DNA from: Coxiellaceae bacterium
GTDB lineage: Bacteria; Pseudomonadota; Gammaproteobacteria; JAJRRL01
Reading direction: 5' to 3'
Length of the DNA: 64,000 bases
Assembly: GCA_047404195.1 (NCBI GenBank)
Contig: JBDOIU010000012.1
Span: 50,239-114,238 of the forward strand
Of this stretch, positions 40,014 to 49,368 are shown in pieces. Position 1 is the first letter of the stretch. Each line of letters begins with the position of its first letter. The position numbers and the translations under genes are program-made. Below the pieces are notes generated by a model. It saw only the letters and a program-made list of their open reading frames with translations, searched no databases and was not told the DNA's origin.

Positions 40014-41015
40014 ATGCAACAGTTCGATATTCGTCACGATTGGACGCTTAGCCAAGCGCAAGCCATCTATCAATTGCCGTTCATGGATTTATTATGGCGT
40101 GCACAGCAAACGCATCGTCTGCATTTTGACGCATCTGAGCTACAGTTGAGCACCCTGATGAGTATTAAGACAGGTGCATGTCCCGAGGATTGTGGTTATT
40201 GTTCACAAAGCGGACATCATAAAACAAATTTAGATAAGCAAAAGCTATTGCCTCTGGAGGAGGTCATTGCCACGGCCAAAGCGGCAAAGGCATCTGGCGC
40301 GACCCGTTTTTGTATGGGTGCAGCTTGGCGTTCCCCGCCGAAGAAAGATTTTCCACAGGTCATTGCCATGATTAAAGCGGTGAAGGAGCTGGGTCTAGAA
40401 AGCTGTGTCACTTTAGGTATGCTGGATGACGAGCAAGTGGCTATGCTGAAAGAATCTGGCTTGGATTATTATAATCATAATATCGATACGTCGGAGTCAC
40501 ACTACGAGAAGGTGATTACCACACGTACGTTCCGAGATCGTTTAGACACATTATCGCGTGTTCGTGATTCGGGGATTAACGTTTGTTGCGGTGGTATTTT
40601 GGGTTTGGGAGAGACGCAAGAAGATCGATTGTCGATGTTGTGTTCGTTGGCAAATATGCCTTCGCAACCAGAGAGTGTGCCGATCAACAAGTTGGTACCT
40701 ATACCGGGTACGCCATTGGGTGATACAGGTCCTGTGGATGATTTTGATTTTGTGCGTTGTATTGCAACGGCGCGTATTATGCTGCCCAAGTCCATGTTGC
40801 GCTTGTCTGCTGGTCGGGAAACCATGAATGCTGCTTTGCAAGCTTGGTGTTTTTTCGCGGGTGCGAATTCCATTTTCTATGGGGATGAATTACTCACAAC
40901 CAATAACTCACCCGCGCAGCAAGATCAAGCGCTCATGCGTCGATTGGGTATGCGTGCAACAGCGTTACCGTGTGCGCAACAAGCAGTGACAGAAGTCGAT
41001 GAGATCACGGCTTAA
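40014..41015 (+). CDS. bioB: biotin synthase (radical SAM)
   Basis: [11 protein letters not shown] radical-SAM cysteine motif; AGGAG RBS 8 nt before ATG 40014. Confidence 0.9.
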   Translation: MQQFDIRHDWTLSQAQAIYQLPFMDLLWRAQQTHRLHFDASELQLSTLMSIKTGACPEDCGYCSQSGHHKTNLDKQKLLPLEEVIATAKAAKASGATRFCMGAAWRSPPKKDFPQVIAMIKAVKELGLESCVTLGMLDDEQVAMLKESGLDYYNHNIDTSESHYEKVITTRTFRDRLDTLSRVRDSGINVCCGGILGLGETQEDRLSMLCSLANMPSQPESVPINKLVPIPGTPLGDTGPVDDFDFVRCIATARIMLPKSMLRLSAGRETMNAALQAWCFFAGANSIFYGDELLTTNNSPAQQDQALMRRLGMRATALPCAQQAVTEVDEITA

Positions 41016-42156
41016 GGCGCGTTGTCAGGCGCGACAAGAGGCAGCACTGTGGCGTGAGCAGATGTGTTTGACTCAGCCTACCAGTATGATAACTCGGTAT
41101 AAGCAACAAGCGTTTAGTAACTTTTGTTCCAATGATTATTTAGGGTTAGCGCAGCACCCAGTGCTGCAGCAATGTGTTATGCATGCTGTAGAGCAATATG
41201 GTGTGGGTGCTGGTGCCTCACAATTGGTTTGTGGCCACACCACAGCACACCGGCAGGCAGAAGCGGCATTTGCCGAGCGTTTTGGTTTTGCAGATGCCTT
41301 GATGTTTGCGAACGGCTTTATGGCAAATTTAGCGGTAATACAAACTTTAGCGCAGCAGCAAGATGTCATTATACAAGACAAAGAAAACCATGCTTCGCTG
41401 ATTGATGCGGCACGCTCAACGCGTGCCTCTTTGGTGCGCTATCGTCACCTGGATGCTGTGCATGCAGTTGAGCGTTTGCAGGCGGCACAACCACGTCATT
41501 GTTTATTGGCAAGTGATGCGGTATTCAGTATGAGTGGCGATGAGGCACCGATTGCTGCGTTATCACAAGCAGCAAAAGCACAGCAGGCACTTTTTGTGCT
41601 TGATGATGCGCATGGTGTAGGTGTGTTGGGTGATGGTGCGGGGTGTTTGGCAGCGCAGTCTTTGACACCTGACGCAGTTGATATATTGGTATTACCATTG
41701 GGTAAGGCTTTCGGGTCTTATGGCTGTATGGTGTTGGGTGATGCGGATCTGATTATGGGCTTACGTCAATTTGCCAGGCCATACATTTACACCACAGCCC
41801 CACCACCAGCCTTGGCTGTGGCGGCTGAAAAAAGTTGTGATTTAATTTTTTCTGAGCAGTGGCGCGTGCAGCAATTGCAGCATAATATTGCTTATTGGCG
41901 CACACAAGCACAAGCCCGTGGTTTAACACTACTCCCTTCCCGTACAGCGATTCAGTCATTGGTGTTGGGTGATGCTGCAGCCAGTCAGTTGTTGGCAGAG
42001 CAGTTAAATGCACGTGGGTTTTTATTGACGGCGATGCGTCCACCAACTGTAGCCGTGGGTACATCACGTTTGCGCATCACCTTAAATACCGCGCACACAC
42101 AGGCGCAGATCGATGCGCTCCTGGATGCACTGTGTTGCATCATGGAGGTGGCATGA
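40999..42156 (+). CDS. bioF: 8-amino-7-oxononanoate synthase
   Basis: Class-II aminotransferase/AONS blocks ([31 protein letters not shown]); overlaps bioB end by 17 nt. Confidence 0.85.
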   Translation: MRSRLKARCQARQEAALWREQMCLTQPTSMITRYKQQAFSNFCSNDYLGLAQHPVLQQCVMHAVEQYGVGAGASQLVCGHTTAHRQAEAAFAERFGFADALMFANGFMANLAVIQTLAQQQDVIIQDKENHASLIDAARSTRASLVRYRHLDAVHAVERLQAAQPRHCLLASDAVFSMSGDEAPIAALSQAAKAQQALFVLDDAHGVGVLGDGAGCLAAQSLTPDAVDILVLPLGKAFGSYGCMVLGDADLIMGLRQFARPYIYTTAPPPALAVAAEKSCDLIFSEQWRVQQLQHNIAYWRTQAQARGLTLLPSRTAIQSLVLGDAAASQLLAEQLNARGFLLTAMRPPTVAVGTSRLRITLNTAHTQAQIDALLDALCCIMEVA

Positions 42157-42866
42157 CGGTTGTATTTGTTGCGGGTTGGTCGTTGCGACGTGATGTTTGG
42201 CAGCCATTACTGCAGGCATTGCAATTATCAACAGACGTATTGTGTTTGGATATGGCCGCGTGTTCACCACAGGCTGATACAGAAACAACGCTACAGCATT
42301 TTTGGCAGACTCACAGTGCAGAATTACCAGATAACGCAACATACATTGGCTGGTCCTTGGGTGGTTTGGCGGTGTTGCATTGGGCGCGCCACATGCCGGC
42401 GCGGGTAAAGCGGTGTGCCTTATTGTATAGCAGTCCTTTTTTTGCTGAGCTTGCGCCGCACTGGCCGGGTTTGCCGGTGAATGGTTTGCAGCAGTATCAG
42501 CAATTGTGTCAGCGTGCTCCCAAGCGTTTGCAGTCTTTATTTTTGAAGCAGCATTGTGCGGATAGAGATTGTCGGCAGATGGCGACAACATATTTATTGG
42601 ATGCAGAAAAGCATGCACTGGTATTACAGGCTGGTTTGCGGTGTTTGGCAACACATGATGAGCGCGAGTATTGGGCATCATTGGCGATGCCGTGTCATGT
42701 GCGTTTAGGGCAGCAAGATTGTTTGCTGCCAGCATCATTGGGCGCAGCTGCATTGGCGTCTGCGCCAAACAGTCATGTGGTGACTGCTGTCGATGAGCAT
42801 CATTTCTCTGTGTTATCGCCAACACCCGCCTTGGTGTCATGGTGTCGAGAGGTGTGTGATGAGTAG
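42153..42866 (+). CDS. bioH: pimeloyl-ACP methyl ester carboxylesterase (alpha/beta hydrolase)
   Basis: Nucleophile elbow GWSLGG, position between bioF and bioC; ATGA overlap with bioF stop, GGAGG RBS. Confidence 0.7.
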   Translation: MTVVFVAGWSLRRDVWQPLLQALQLSTDVLCLDMAACSPQADTETTLQHFWQTHSAELPDNATYIGWSLGGLAVLHWARHMPARVKRCALLYSSPFFAELAPHWPGLPVNGLQQYQQLCQRAPKRLQSLFLKQHCADRDCRQMATTYLLDAEKHALVLQAGLRCLATHDEREYWASLAMPCHVRLGQQDCLLPASLGAAALASAPNSHVVTAVDEHHFSVLSPTPALVSWCREVCDE

Positions 42867-43638
42867 TGTTGCTGTTGCACGTTCTTTTTCGCGGCATGCG
42901 CATTCATATGCTGACACTGCACTGGTGCAGGCGGAGATTGCTACACACTTGTTATCGGGTATTGCTGCAGATAACTGGCAAGGTGTGTGTGCGGATTTGG
43001 GTGCTGGGGTAGGGCAGCAGTGTTTGGCATTACAGCAACGTTTTCAGCAGGCGAAGATAGTGGCATATGATATTTCAGCTGCCATGTGTGCGTTGGCTCG
43101 TCAAACTGCTCGGTTTGCAGATGTACGGCAAGCAGATATTCTTTGTAATCCCCCATTGGCCGATGCGAGTATTCGATTTTTATTTTCCAGTTGTGTGTTG
43201 CAGTGGAGTGCTGATTTAACGCAGACGTTACAAGATTGGTGTCGTGCATTAGAGCCTGCAGGTGAGGTAGCCATTGCCTGTATTGCTGCGGGGAGTTTGC
43301 GTGAGGTCGATGTTGCTTGGCGCTCAGTGGGCCGTGCATCACCGGTGAATGCCATGCCAAGTGTTGCAGCCATTGAAGCGGCTGTGCAGCAACAGCCTTG
43401 GCATGTTTTATCCATAGAACAACGTCAGCATCGACAATACTTTACATCAGCGCAAGCCTTGGTACACAGCATCCATGCGGTTGGTGCGGGTTGTGCAGCT
43501 GGTCGACCATCGTTGGGGTTGTTGACACCAAAACGATGGCGACAATGCTTGGCAGCCTTGCCGCGCTGTGCCAAGACAGGCCGTGTTTACTTAACTTATG
43601 AGGTGGTTTATGTACGATGTCGACAACAAGGCAGTTGA
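42859..43638 (+). CDS. bioC: malonyl-ACP O-methyltransferase
   Basis: SAM motif VCADLGAGVGQQ; overlaps bioH stop by 8 nt. Confidence 0.75.
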   Translation: MSSVAVARSFSRHAHSYADTALVQAEIATHLLSGIAADNWQGVCADLGAGVGQQCLALQQRFQQAKIVAYDISAAMCALARQTARFADVRQADILCNPPLADASIRFLFSSCVLQWSADLTQTLQDWCRALEPAGEVAIACIAAGSLREVDVAWRSVGRASPVNAMPSVAAIEAAVQQQPWHVLSIEQRQHRQYFTSAQALVHSIHAVGAGCAAGRPSLGLLTPKRWRQCLAALPRCAKTGRVYLTYEVVYVRCRQQGS

Positions 43639-44260
43639 TGCATTTTATATTGCAGGAACAGATACAGAAGTGGGTAAAACACATGTCGCCCTCACTTTAA
43701 TTGAGTCGTTGGTGGCGCAAGGGCATCGTGTGGCGGCACTCAAGCCGGTTGCATCAGGTGCAGAAATGACGGCTGATGGTTTACGCAATGCAGATGCGTT
43801 GGCGCTGCAGGCTGCTTGTAATGTGGATTGTCCATACGAGGTAGTGAATCCGTATTGCTACGCACCACCCATTGCGCCACATATCGCTGCAGCACAGCAG
43901 GGCGAGACGATTCAGCTAGAGCGCATTGCCGCTGCATTTGCGTGGTGTGTGGCAGCTGGTGCGACGCATGTAGTGGTTGAGTCAGCCGGCGGTTGGCTGA
44001 CACCAATCAATGCCACGGAGACCATGGCTGATATTGCTGTTGCATTGCAGTTACCGGTGATTTTGGTGGTGGGTATGCGTTTGGGTTGTTTGAATCACGC
44101 TTTGCTCACAGCGACGCACATTGACGCTGTAGCGCCAGAGTATATGGGTTGGGTTGCGAACCACTTGACTCGTGATATGTTGGTGCGTGATGAAAATATG
44201 CAGACGCTGGTAGATCGTTTGGGTGAACCGATGTTATCTTTGGCTTTTGCCGGTGAATGA
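43610..44260 (+). CDS. bioD: dethiobiotin synthetase
   Basis: P-loop GTDTEVGKT; start either ATG 43598 or 43610 (overlaps bioC end). Confidence 0.8.
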   Translation: MYDVDNKAVDAFYIAGTDTEVGKTHVALTLIESLVAQGHRVAALKPVASGAEMTADGLRNADALALQAACNVDCPYEVVNPYCYAPPIAPHIAAAQQGETIQLERIAAAFAWCVAAGATHVVVESAGGWLTPINATETMADIAVALQLPVILVVGMRLGCLNHALLTATHIDAVAPEYMGWVANHLTRDMLVRDENMQTLVDRLGEPMLSLAFAGE

Positions 44261-44271
44261 TTTATTCACAG

Positions 44272-44310
44272 ATAAAAAAAACGCAAGACTTGCACTGCAA
44301 GGCTTGCGTT
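44272..44310 (-). terminator. rho-independent terminator of rpmB-rpmG (31-bp near-perfect palindrome AACGCAAGACTTGCA-C-TGCAAGGCTTGCGTT preceded by A8 on plus strand, which is the U-tract on minus strand)
   Basis: Seen in sequence between convergent bioD and rpmG. Confidence 0.55.
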
Positions 44311-44329
44311 AGCGGGTCAAGTAAAGCGA

Positions 44330-44512
44330 TTACTTGATCTTCTTTTCTTTGTATAAGACGCGCTTACGGATGGTTGGATCGTATTTCATGAGCTCCAACT
44401 TACCTTGTCCTTTCATTTGTCTATTCTTCTTGTTGATATAGACAGTGTAGAAATGCCCAGTGCCAGCACTGGATTCGAGTTTAATTTTAACGGCAGCAGC
44501 TTTAGTGGCCAT
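44330..44512 (-). CDS. rpmG: 50S ribosomal protein L33
   Basis: [16 protein letters not shown]... L33 signature. Confidence 0.9.
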   Translation of the reverse strand: MATKAAAVKIKLESSAGTGHFYTVYINKKNRQMKGQGKLELMKYDPTIRKRVLYKEKKIK

Positions 44513-44524
44513 GATTGCCTCCTA

Positions 44525-44761
44525 TTATTTGGACCGCTTGCGGTCTCTGATCATTTTAAGTACAGCTTCAATACCTTTCTTGTCGATAGTACGGATGCCA
44601 TTGGTGGATACTTTTAGTACCACATATCGATTTTCACTGGGAACCCAGAAGCGCTTTTTTTGTATGTTTACATTAAACTTACGCTTGGTTTTATTTTGAG
44701 CGTGAGAGACATTATTGCCGCTCATTGGGCGTTTTCCAGTGACGTCGCAAACTTGTGCCAT
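44525..44761 (-). CDS. rpmB: 50S ribosomal protein L28
   Basis: [30 protein letters not shown]28 signature. Confidence 0.9.
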   Translation of the reverse strand: MAQVCDVTGKRPMSGNNVSHAQNKTKRKFNVNIQKKRFWVPSENRYVVLKVSTNGIRTIDKKGIEAVLKMIRDRKRSK

Positions 44762-44915
44762 GTGAGTTACCTCAGCGTTTTCAAAAGAGCTTGATGTTAT
44801 AACAAATATTCAGACCTCACGCAAGCCCCTGGCGCAGATTTTTGCTATTTGTTGTCTTTCACTGGTTCTGCCGCCCAAAAACGGTTAAGCTGCACCTTTC
44901 ATTCTGGAGGTTGGC

Positions 44916-45416
44916 ATGCAGCAAGACATTGATATTTCCCCTGATTTGGCAGCAAATTGCCAAACGACGGTTGCGATCAAGTACCTTGATCAAAGGTTGT
45001 CCGATCCGGCCTACACGCCGCAGTATGCCACAACAGGTTCTGCTGGTTTGGACTTGCGTGCGTGCTTGGATGCACCCTTGACGCTGCAGCCGGGTGATAC
45101 AGCGCTGATTGACAGCGGTATTGCGATTCACCTTGGTAATCCTGGTTTGGCAGCCATGTTGTTGCCACGATCTGGTTTGGGGCATAAGCATGGTATCGTA
45201 TTAGGTAACTTAACGGGCTTGATCGATTCTGATTACCAGGGCCCGATCAAAATTTCTTGCTGGAACCGCTCAACCGAGCCGTTCACGATTTTGCCAATGG
45301 ATCGCATAGCACAAATGGTGATTGTGCCTGTATTGCAGGTTGGTTTTCAGGTTGTGGATACATTTGATGCGACGCAGCGTGGGGAGGGTGGCTTTGGCAG
45401 TTCAGGCAGACAATAA
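44916..45416 (+). CDS. dut: dUTP diphosphatase
   Basis: dUTPase motifs ([43 protein letters not shown]); GGAGG RBS. Confidence 0.9.
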   Translation: MQQDIDISPDLAANCQTTVAIKYLDQRLSDPAYTPQYATTGSAGLDLRACLDAPLTLQPGDTALIDSGIAIHLGNPGLAAMLLPRSGLGHKHGIVLGNLTGLIDSDYQGPIKISCWNRSTEPFTILPMDRIAQMVIVPVLQVGFQVVDTFDATQRGEGGFGSSGRQ

Positions 45417-45441
45417 GTCAACATACCATTACCCCGAAACA

Positions 45442-46824
45442 GTGCCAGCGGCAATATTTCGAGCCTATGATATTCGTGGGCCAGTTGCGGAAGATGCTTT
45501 AACTGAGAACAGTGCCTATGCGCTCGGGTGTGTGCTGGGTGAACGTCTTTTGCAGACTGGCCAAGACACCATGGTTGTGGCGCGTGATGGGCGATTGTCC
45601 GGTCCGATGATTGCAGATGCACTGATAGCGGGTTTACGCGCAGTGGGTTGTGCGGTGATTTTTGTGGGCGTTGTTTCTAGTCCGGTGTTGTATTTTGCAC
45701 GCATTCATTTGCAGTACCCTTCGGCCGTTATGGTGACGGCCAGTCACAACCCTACACACCATAATGGTTTTAAAATCATTTTAGATGCACAGACATTATC
45801 TGGTGAAGGTGTTCAGGGGTTGTATCAACGTCTACAAAAACCAGCGCCGACTATGGCCGCGCAGCCTGGTACATTGAAGACAGTCTGTGTGTTACAGGCA
45901 TATTGGGATACCATCACCGCGAAATTAAGTGTTTCCAGGCCATTGAAAGTCGTTGTTGATGCTGGTAATGCGGTTGCCAGTGAGATAGCGCCTGTTTTGT
46001 ATGAAGCCATGGGTGCAGAGGTTGTGCCATTATACTGCGAGGTTGATGGCAGCTTTCCAAACCATCATCCGGATCCTTTGGTGCCAGAGAATTTGCGTGA
46101 TTTACAGCAGCGTGTTTTGGCTGAGAATGCAGATTGTGGTTTGGCGTTTGATGGGGATGCTGACCGTATTGGTGTTGTTACCAATACGGGTGAGATTATT
46201 TGGCCTGACCGTTTAATGATGTGGTTTGCGGAGCAGGTTTTGGCTAAGCATCCGGGTGTGAGTATTGTGTATGACGTTAAGTGCAGTGCGCATTTGGGTG
46301 CTGTGATTGAGCGTGCAGGTGGGCAGGCTGTTATGTGGAAAACAGGACATTCACTCATCAAGAATAAAGCCAAGGCCTGTGCTTCTCCTTTTTCCGGAGA
46401 GTTAAGTGGCCATCTGTTTTTCGACGATGATTGGTTTGGGTTTGATGATGGGGTGTATGTTGGTGCGCGTTTATTGGCAGCATTGTCTGCTCAATCACAG
46501 AGTTTACAAGAGATTTTTGCTGCGTATCCCAACAGTGTGAATACACCAGAGTTGAAGGTTGCCGTCCCTGCTGAGCGGCAGGCATCGGTGATGCATGCAT
46601 TGCTGGCAATGCCAGAGCAAGATGGTGAGCAGCGTCGATTGACCATTGATGGTCTGCGTATCGAATTTCATGATGGATGGGGTTTGGTGCGTGCATCCAA
46701 TACCACGCCAGCATTGACTTGTCGTTTTGAGGCAGAGTCACAAGCTGCCATAGTGCGATTGCAGTCGATATTTAAAGCAATGTTATTGCAAGTCGATGCA
46801 TCATTGTCTGTGCCATTTGAATAA
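45442..46824 (+). CDS. algC: phosphomannomutase/phosphoglucomutase (alpha-D-phosphohexomutase)
   Basis: Active-site TASHNP, FRAYDIRG N-terminal block; start uncertain: GTG 45442 just after dut stop or ATG 45367 overlapping dut. Confidence 0.75.
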   Translation: MPAAIFRAYDIRGPVAEDALTENSAYALGCVLGERLLQTGQDTMVVARDGRLSGPMIADALIAGLRAVGCAVIFVGVVSSPVLYFARIHLQYPSAVMVTASHNPTHHNGFKIILDAQTLSGEGVQGLYQRLQKPAPTMAAQPGTLKTVCVLQAYWDTITAKLSVSRPLKVVVDAGNAVASEIAPVLYEAMGAEVVPLYCEVDGSFPNHHPDPLVPENLRDLQQRVLAENADCGLAFDGDADRIGVVTNTGEIIWPDRLMMWFAEQVLAKHPGVSIVYDVKCSAHLGAVIERAGGQAVMWKTGHSLIKNKAKACASPFSGELSGHLFFDDDWFGFDDGVYVGARLLAALSAQSQSLQEIFAAYPNSVNTPELKVAVPAERQASVMHALLAMPEQDGEQRRLTIDGLRIEFHDGWGLVRASNTTPALTCRFEAESQAAIVRLQSIFKAMLLQVDASLSVPFE

Positions 46825-46833
46825 GGAAGCATC

Positions 46834-47601
46834 ATGAGAGTCATCACGCTGAATATGAATGGTATTCGTGCTGCGGGTCGAAAAGGTTTTTTTGAGTGGA
46901 TGCAGTCACAGGATGCAGATTTCATCTGTTTGCAAGAAACGAAAGCTCAGATGCAGCATTTGCCAGATGCGATGTATCGTCCCGAGGGATATCATTGTGC
47001 ATTTCATTGTGCGCAGAAAAAAGGTTACAGCGGTGTGGGTTTGTATGCGCGCAGAGAACCTGATTCCATTCAGCGTGGTTTGGGTTGGCCTTGTGCAGAT
47101 GACGAGGGGCGTTATATTCAGTTTGACTATCCTGATTTGAGTATTGCTTCGATTTATTTACCATCGGGTAGTTCGGGTGATGAAAGGCAGGCGCATAAGT
47201 TTGAGTTTATGCAGCGTTTTATGCCGCATATGGATGCATTGCTGCAGGCTGGTAAGCCTTTTATTTTGTGTGGCGACTTGAATATTGTGCACAAAGAAAT
47301 TGATATTAAAAATTTCAAACCCAACCGAAATCGTTCAGGCTGTTTGCCAAGTGAGCGCGCGTGGTTAGATGACTTGTTTGAAGAGCGTACATGGGTTGAT
47401 GCCTTTCGCGTCGTGGATCAGCGTGCTGAACAATATACCTGGTGGTCAAATAGGGGTAGGGCTTGGGATAATAATGTGGGTTGGCGTATTGATTATCAGG
47501 TTGTCACACCTGATATGCGTCAAAACATCAAGCAAGCATCCATTTACAAGGAGCAGCGCTTTTCAGATCATGCGCCATTGATTGTGGATTATGCTGTTTA
47601 A
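46834..47601 (+). CDS. xthA: exodeoxyribonuclease III
   Basis: MRVITLNMNGIRAA..., LQETK, SDHAPL motifs. Confidence 0.9.
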   Translation: MRVITLNMNGIRAAGRKGFFEWMQSQDADFICLQETKAQMQHLPDAMYRPEGYHCAFHCAQKKGYSGVGLYARREPDSIQRGLGWPCADDEGRYIQFDYPDLSIASIYLPSGSSGDERQAHKFEFMQRFMPHMDALLQAGKPFILCGDLNIVHKEIDIKNFKPNRNRSGCLPSERAWLDDLFEERTWVDAFRVVDQRAEQYTWWSNRGRAWDNNVGWRIDYQVVTPDMRQNIKQASIYKEQRFSDHAPLIVDYAV

Positions 47602-48024
47602 TTCATACTGTCATATATTGGCACTAAATAACGAAAGAGCCGAGTGGTGTCTAGATGCAGTCGTGCTGTCTGTTCATGGTCCATTACTGAAAAAACACAT
47701 GCATAAGTTTTGATTTTATAGGTTTAGATACGATTGGCTTTGGTTAGTATCAGTGAGTTATTTATTTAACGTACTATGGACCATCAATGGCTATTGTTCT
47801 GCATTGACTGCGCTAAGTATATCTTGTTGTTTGATTTTCTGGATGTGATTCAGTATCGTTGTTTTTTTGTTTTTCTGGCATATTGCTCGTAGGCGTCACA
47901 GCTGCTATTGCAATATGTTATTTTTGGTGGTGTGTTTTTGGTCGGCATGGTTGCATCTGTTTGTTGGTGTTTTGACGTTGTTTGTGTTACGATCTTGAGC
48001 AACTTCTAGTTGATGCGGTGCGAT

Positions 48025-48639
48025 ATGACTGTAAAAGGTACACTTATTGTGGTAACTGCCCCTTCCGGTGCAGGTAAGACGACTTTGGTGCATGAGTTGG
48101 TTAATCAGGTCGATGATCTGATGATTTCCGTCTCGCATACGACGCGTGCACCGCGTGCTGCCGAGGTGGCTGGAAAGTCGTATCATTTTGTTTCACAATC
48201 AGATTTCTTTGATCGCATTGAGAAGGGGCTATTTTTAGAGCACGCCCTGGTCTATGGAAACTACTACGGTACCTGTGCTGCATGGGTCCATGAGCAGCTG
48301 TCTGCAGGCACGGATGTGGTGTTGGAAATTGATTGGCAGGGCGCTTTGGCGATTCAAAAAAAGATGCCAGACTGTGTAACTGTATTTATTTTGCCACCGT
48401 CTGTGCAGGCGTTGGCTGATCGGTTGGGACGGCGAGCACAGGATTCTGATGTAGTAGTAGAGGCGCGTTTGGCTGCTGCTACGGAAGATATCTCGAAATA
48501 TCAACACTTTGACTACCTGGTGCTGAATGAAGAGTTTGATCAGGCTTTGGCTCATTTGCGCGCTATCGTACTGGCTTCTCGCTCGCAACGCCAAAGAGCT
48601 GAAAAAAGACTGGCACCGGTGCTGGAAAGTTTGCTTTAA
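48025..48639 (+). CDS. gmk: guanylate kinase
   Basis: P-loop APSGAGKTTL; start at second ATG (MTVKGTLIVV..). Confidence 0.85.
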   Translation: MTVKGTLIVVTAPSGAGKTTLVHELVNQVDDLMISVSHTTRAPRAAEVAGKSYHFVSQSDFFDRIEKGLFLEHALVYGNYYGTCAAWVHEQLSAGTDVVLEIDWQGALAIQKKMPDCVTVFILPPSVQALADRLGRRAQDSDVVVEARLAAATEDISKYQHFDYLVLNEEFDQALAHLRAIVLASRSQRQRAEKRLAPVLESLL

Positions 48640-48677
48640 TTCGATTACACTGTTCATTTTTTCAATGGGGGAGCAGC

Positions 48678-49148
48678 ATGGCTCGCGTAACTGTAGAAGA
48701 TTGTCTCAGATATTGTAAAAACCGTTTCCATCTTATCTTGGATGCTGCCAATCGCGCGCATCATATACAGGTTGGTGCAGCTGAACCCATGGTTTCAATT
48801 GATAATGATAAGCCGACTGTGCTTGCTTTGAGAGAAATTGCGAAAGGTTTTGACGTCAATGCGCCGTTGGTTGATGAGTACCAGGCCGAAGCTGTTTCTG
48901 ATGCTGAGTTAGCTGATCGTTTTATGGGCATTAAGACGGGTACGATTTTGCCAGATGCAATGCCTGAGATGGAGCAAGAGTTCTCTGCAACACCGTCAGC
49001 TTTCACAGTGGAAACACAGTCTCAGCCTTTCCCTGATGTATTCTTGAGCTCACAAATCGCACAAAAAGCTGCTGAGCAAGCTGCAGCACAGCAGGCCCAG
49101 AAAGCAGCTGAAGATGATGCAGCTGAGCCAAAAGAGGGTACTGAGTAG
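48678..49148 (+). CDS. rpoZ: DNA-directed RNA polymerase subunit omega, with ~65-aa Ala/Glu/Gln-rich C-terminal extension
   Basis: MARVTVEDCLRYCKNRFHLILDAANRAHHIQVG...TVLALREIAKG omega core; 156 aa total. Confidence 0.8.
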   Translation: MARVTVEDCLRYCKNRFHLILDAANRAHHIQVGAAEPMVSIDNDKPTVLALREIAKGFDVNAPLVDEYQAEAVSDAELADRFMGIKTGTILPDAMPEMEQEFSATPSAFTVETQSQPFPDVFLSSQIAQKAAEQAAAQQAQKAAEDDAAEPKEGTE

Positions 49149-49368
49149 ATACCCCAGCGCTTTTTTGATGTGAGTTCTGCCGCTATGGTGGCGTTTCCCC
49201 TCATATTCTGCATGTCACGGTAGTATCTTTACTAACAGATCTTTGTAAAAAAGTGTATGATATAAGTATCTGTATTTGGCTCGCCATGTTGAGCTGATTA
49301 TGCTTTATTGTGCCCTTAATCTGAGCTAGACACGGGTGCTGACATGCGGTGAAGACAGGAGACGCGAC

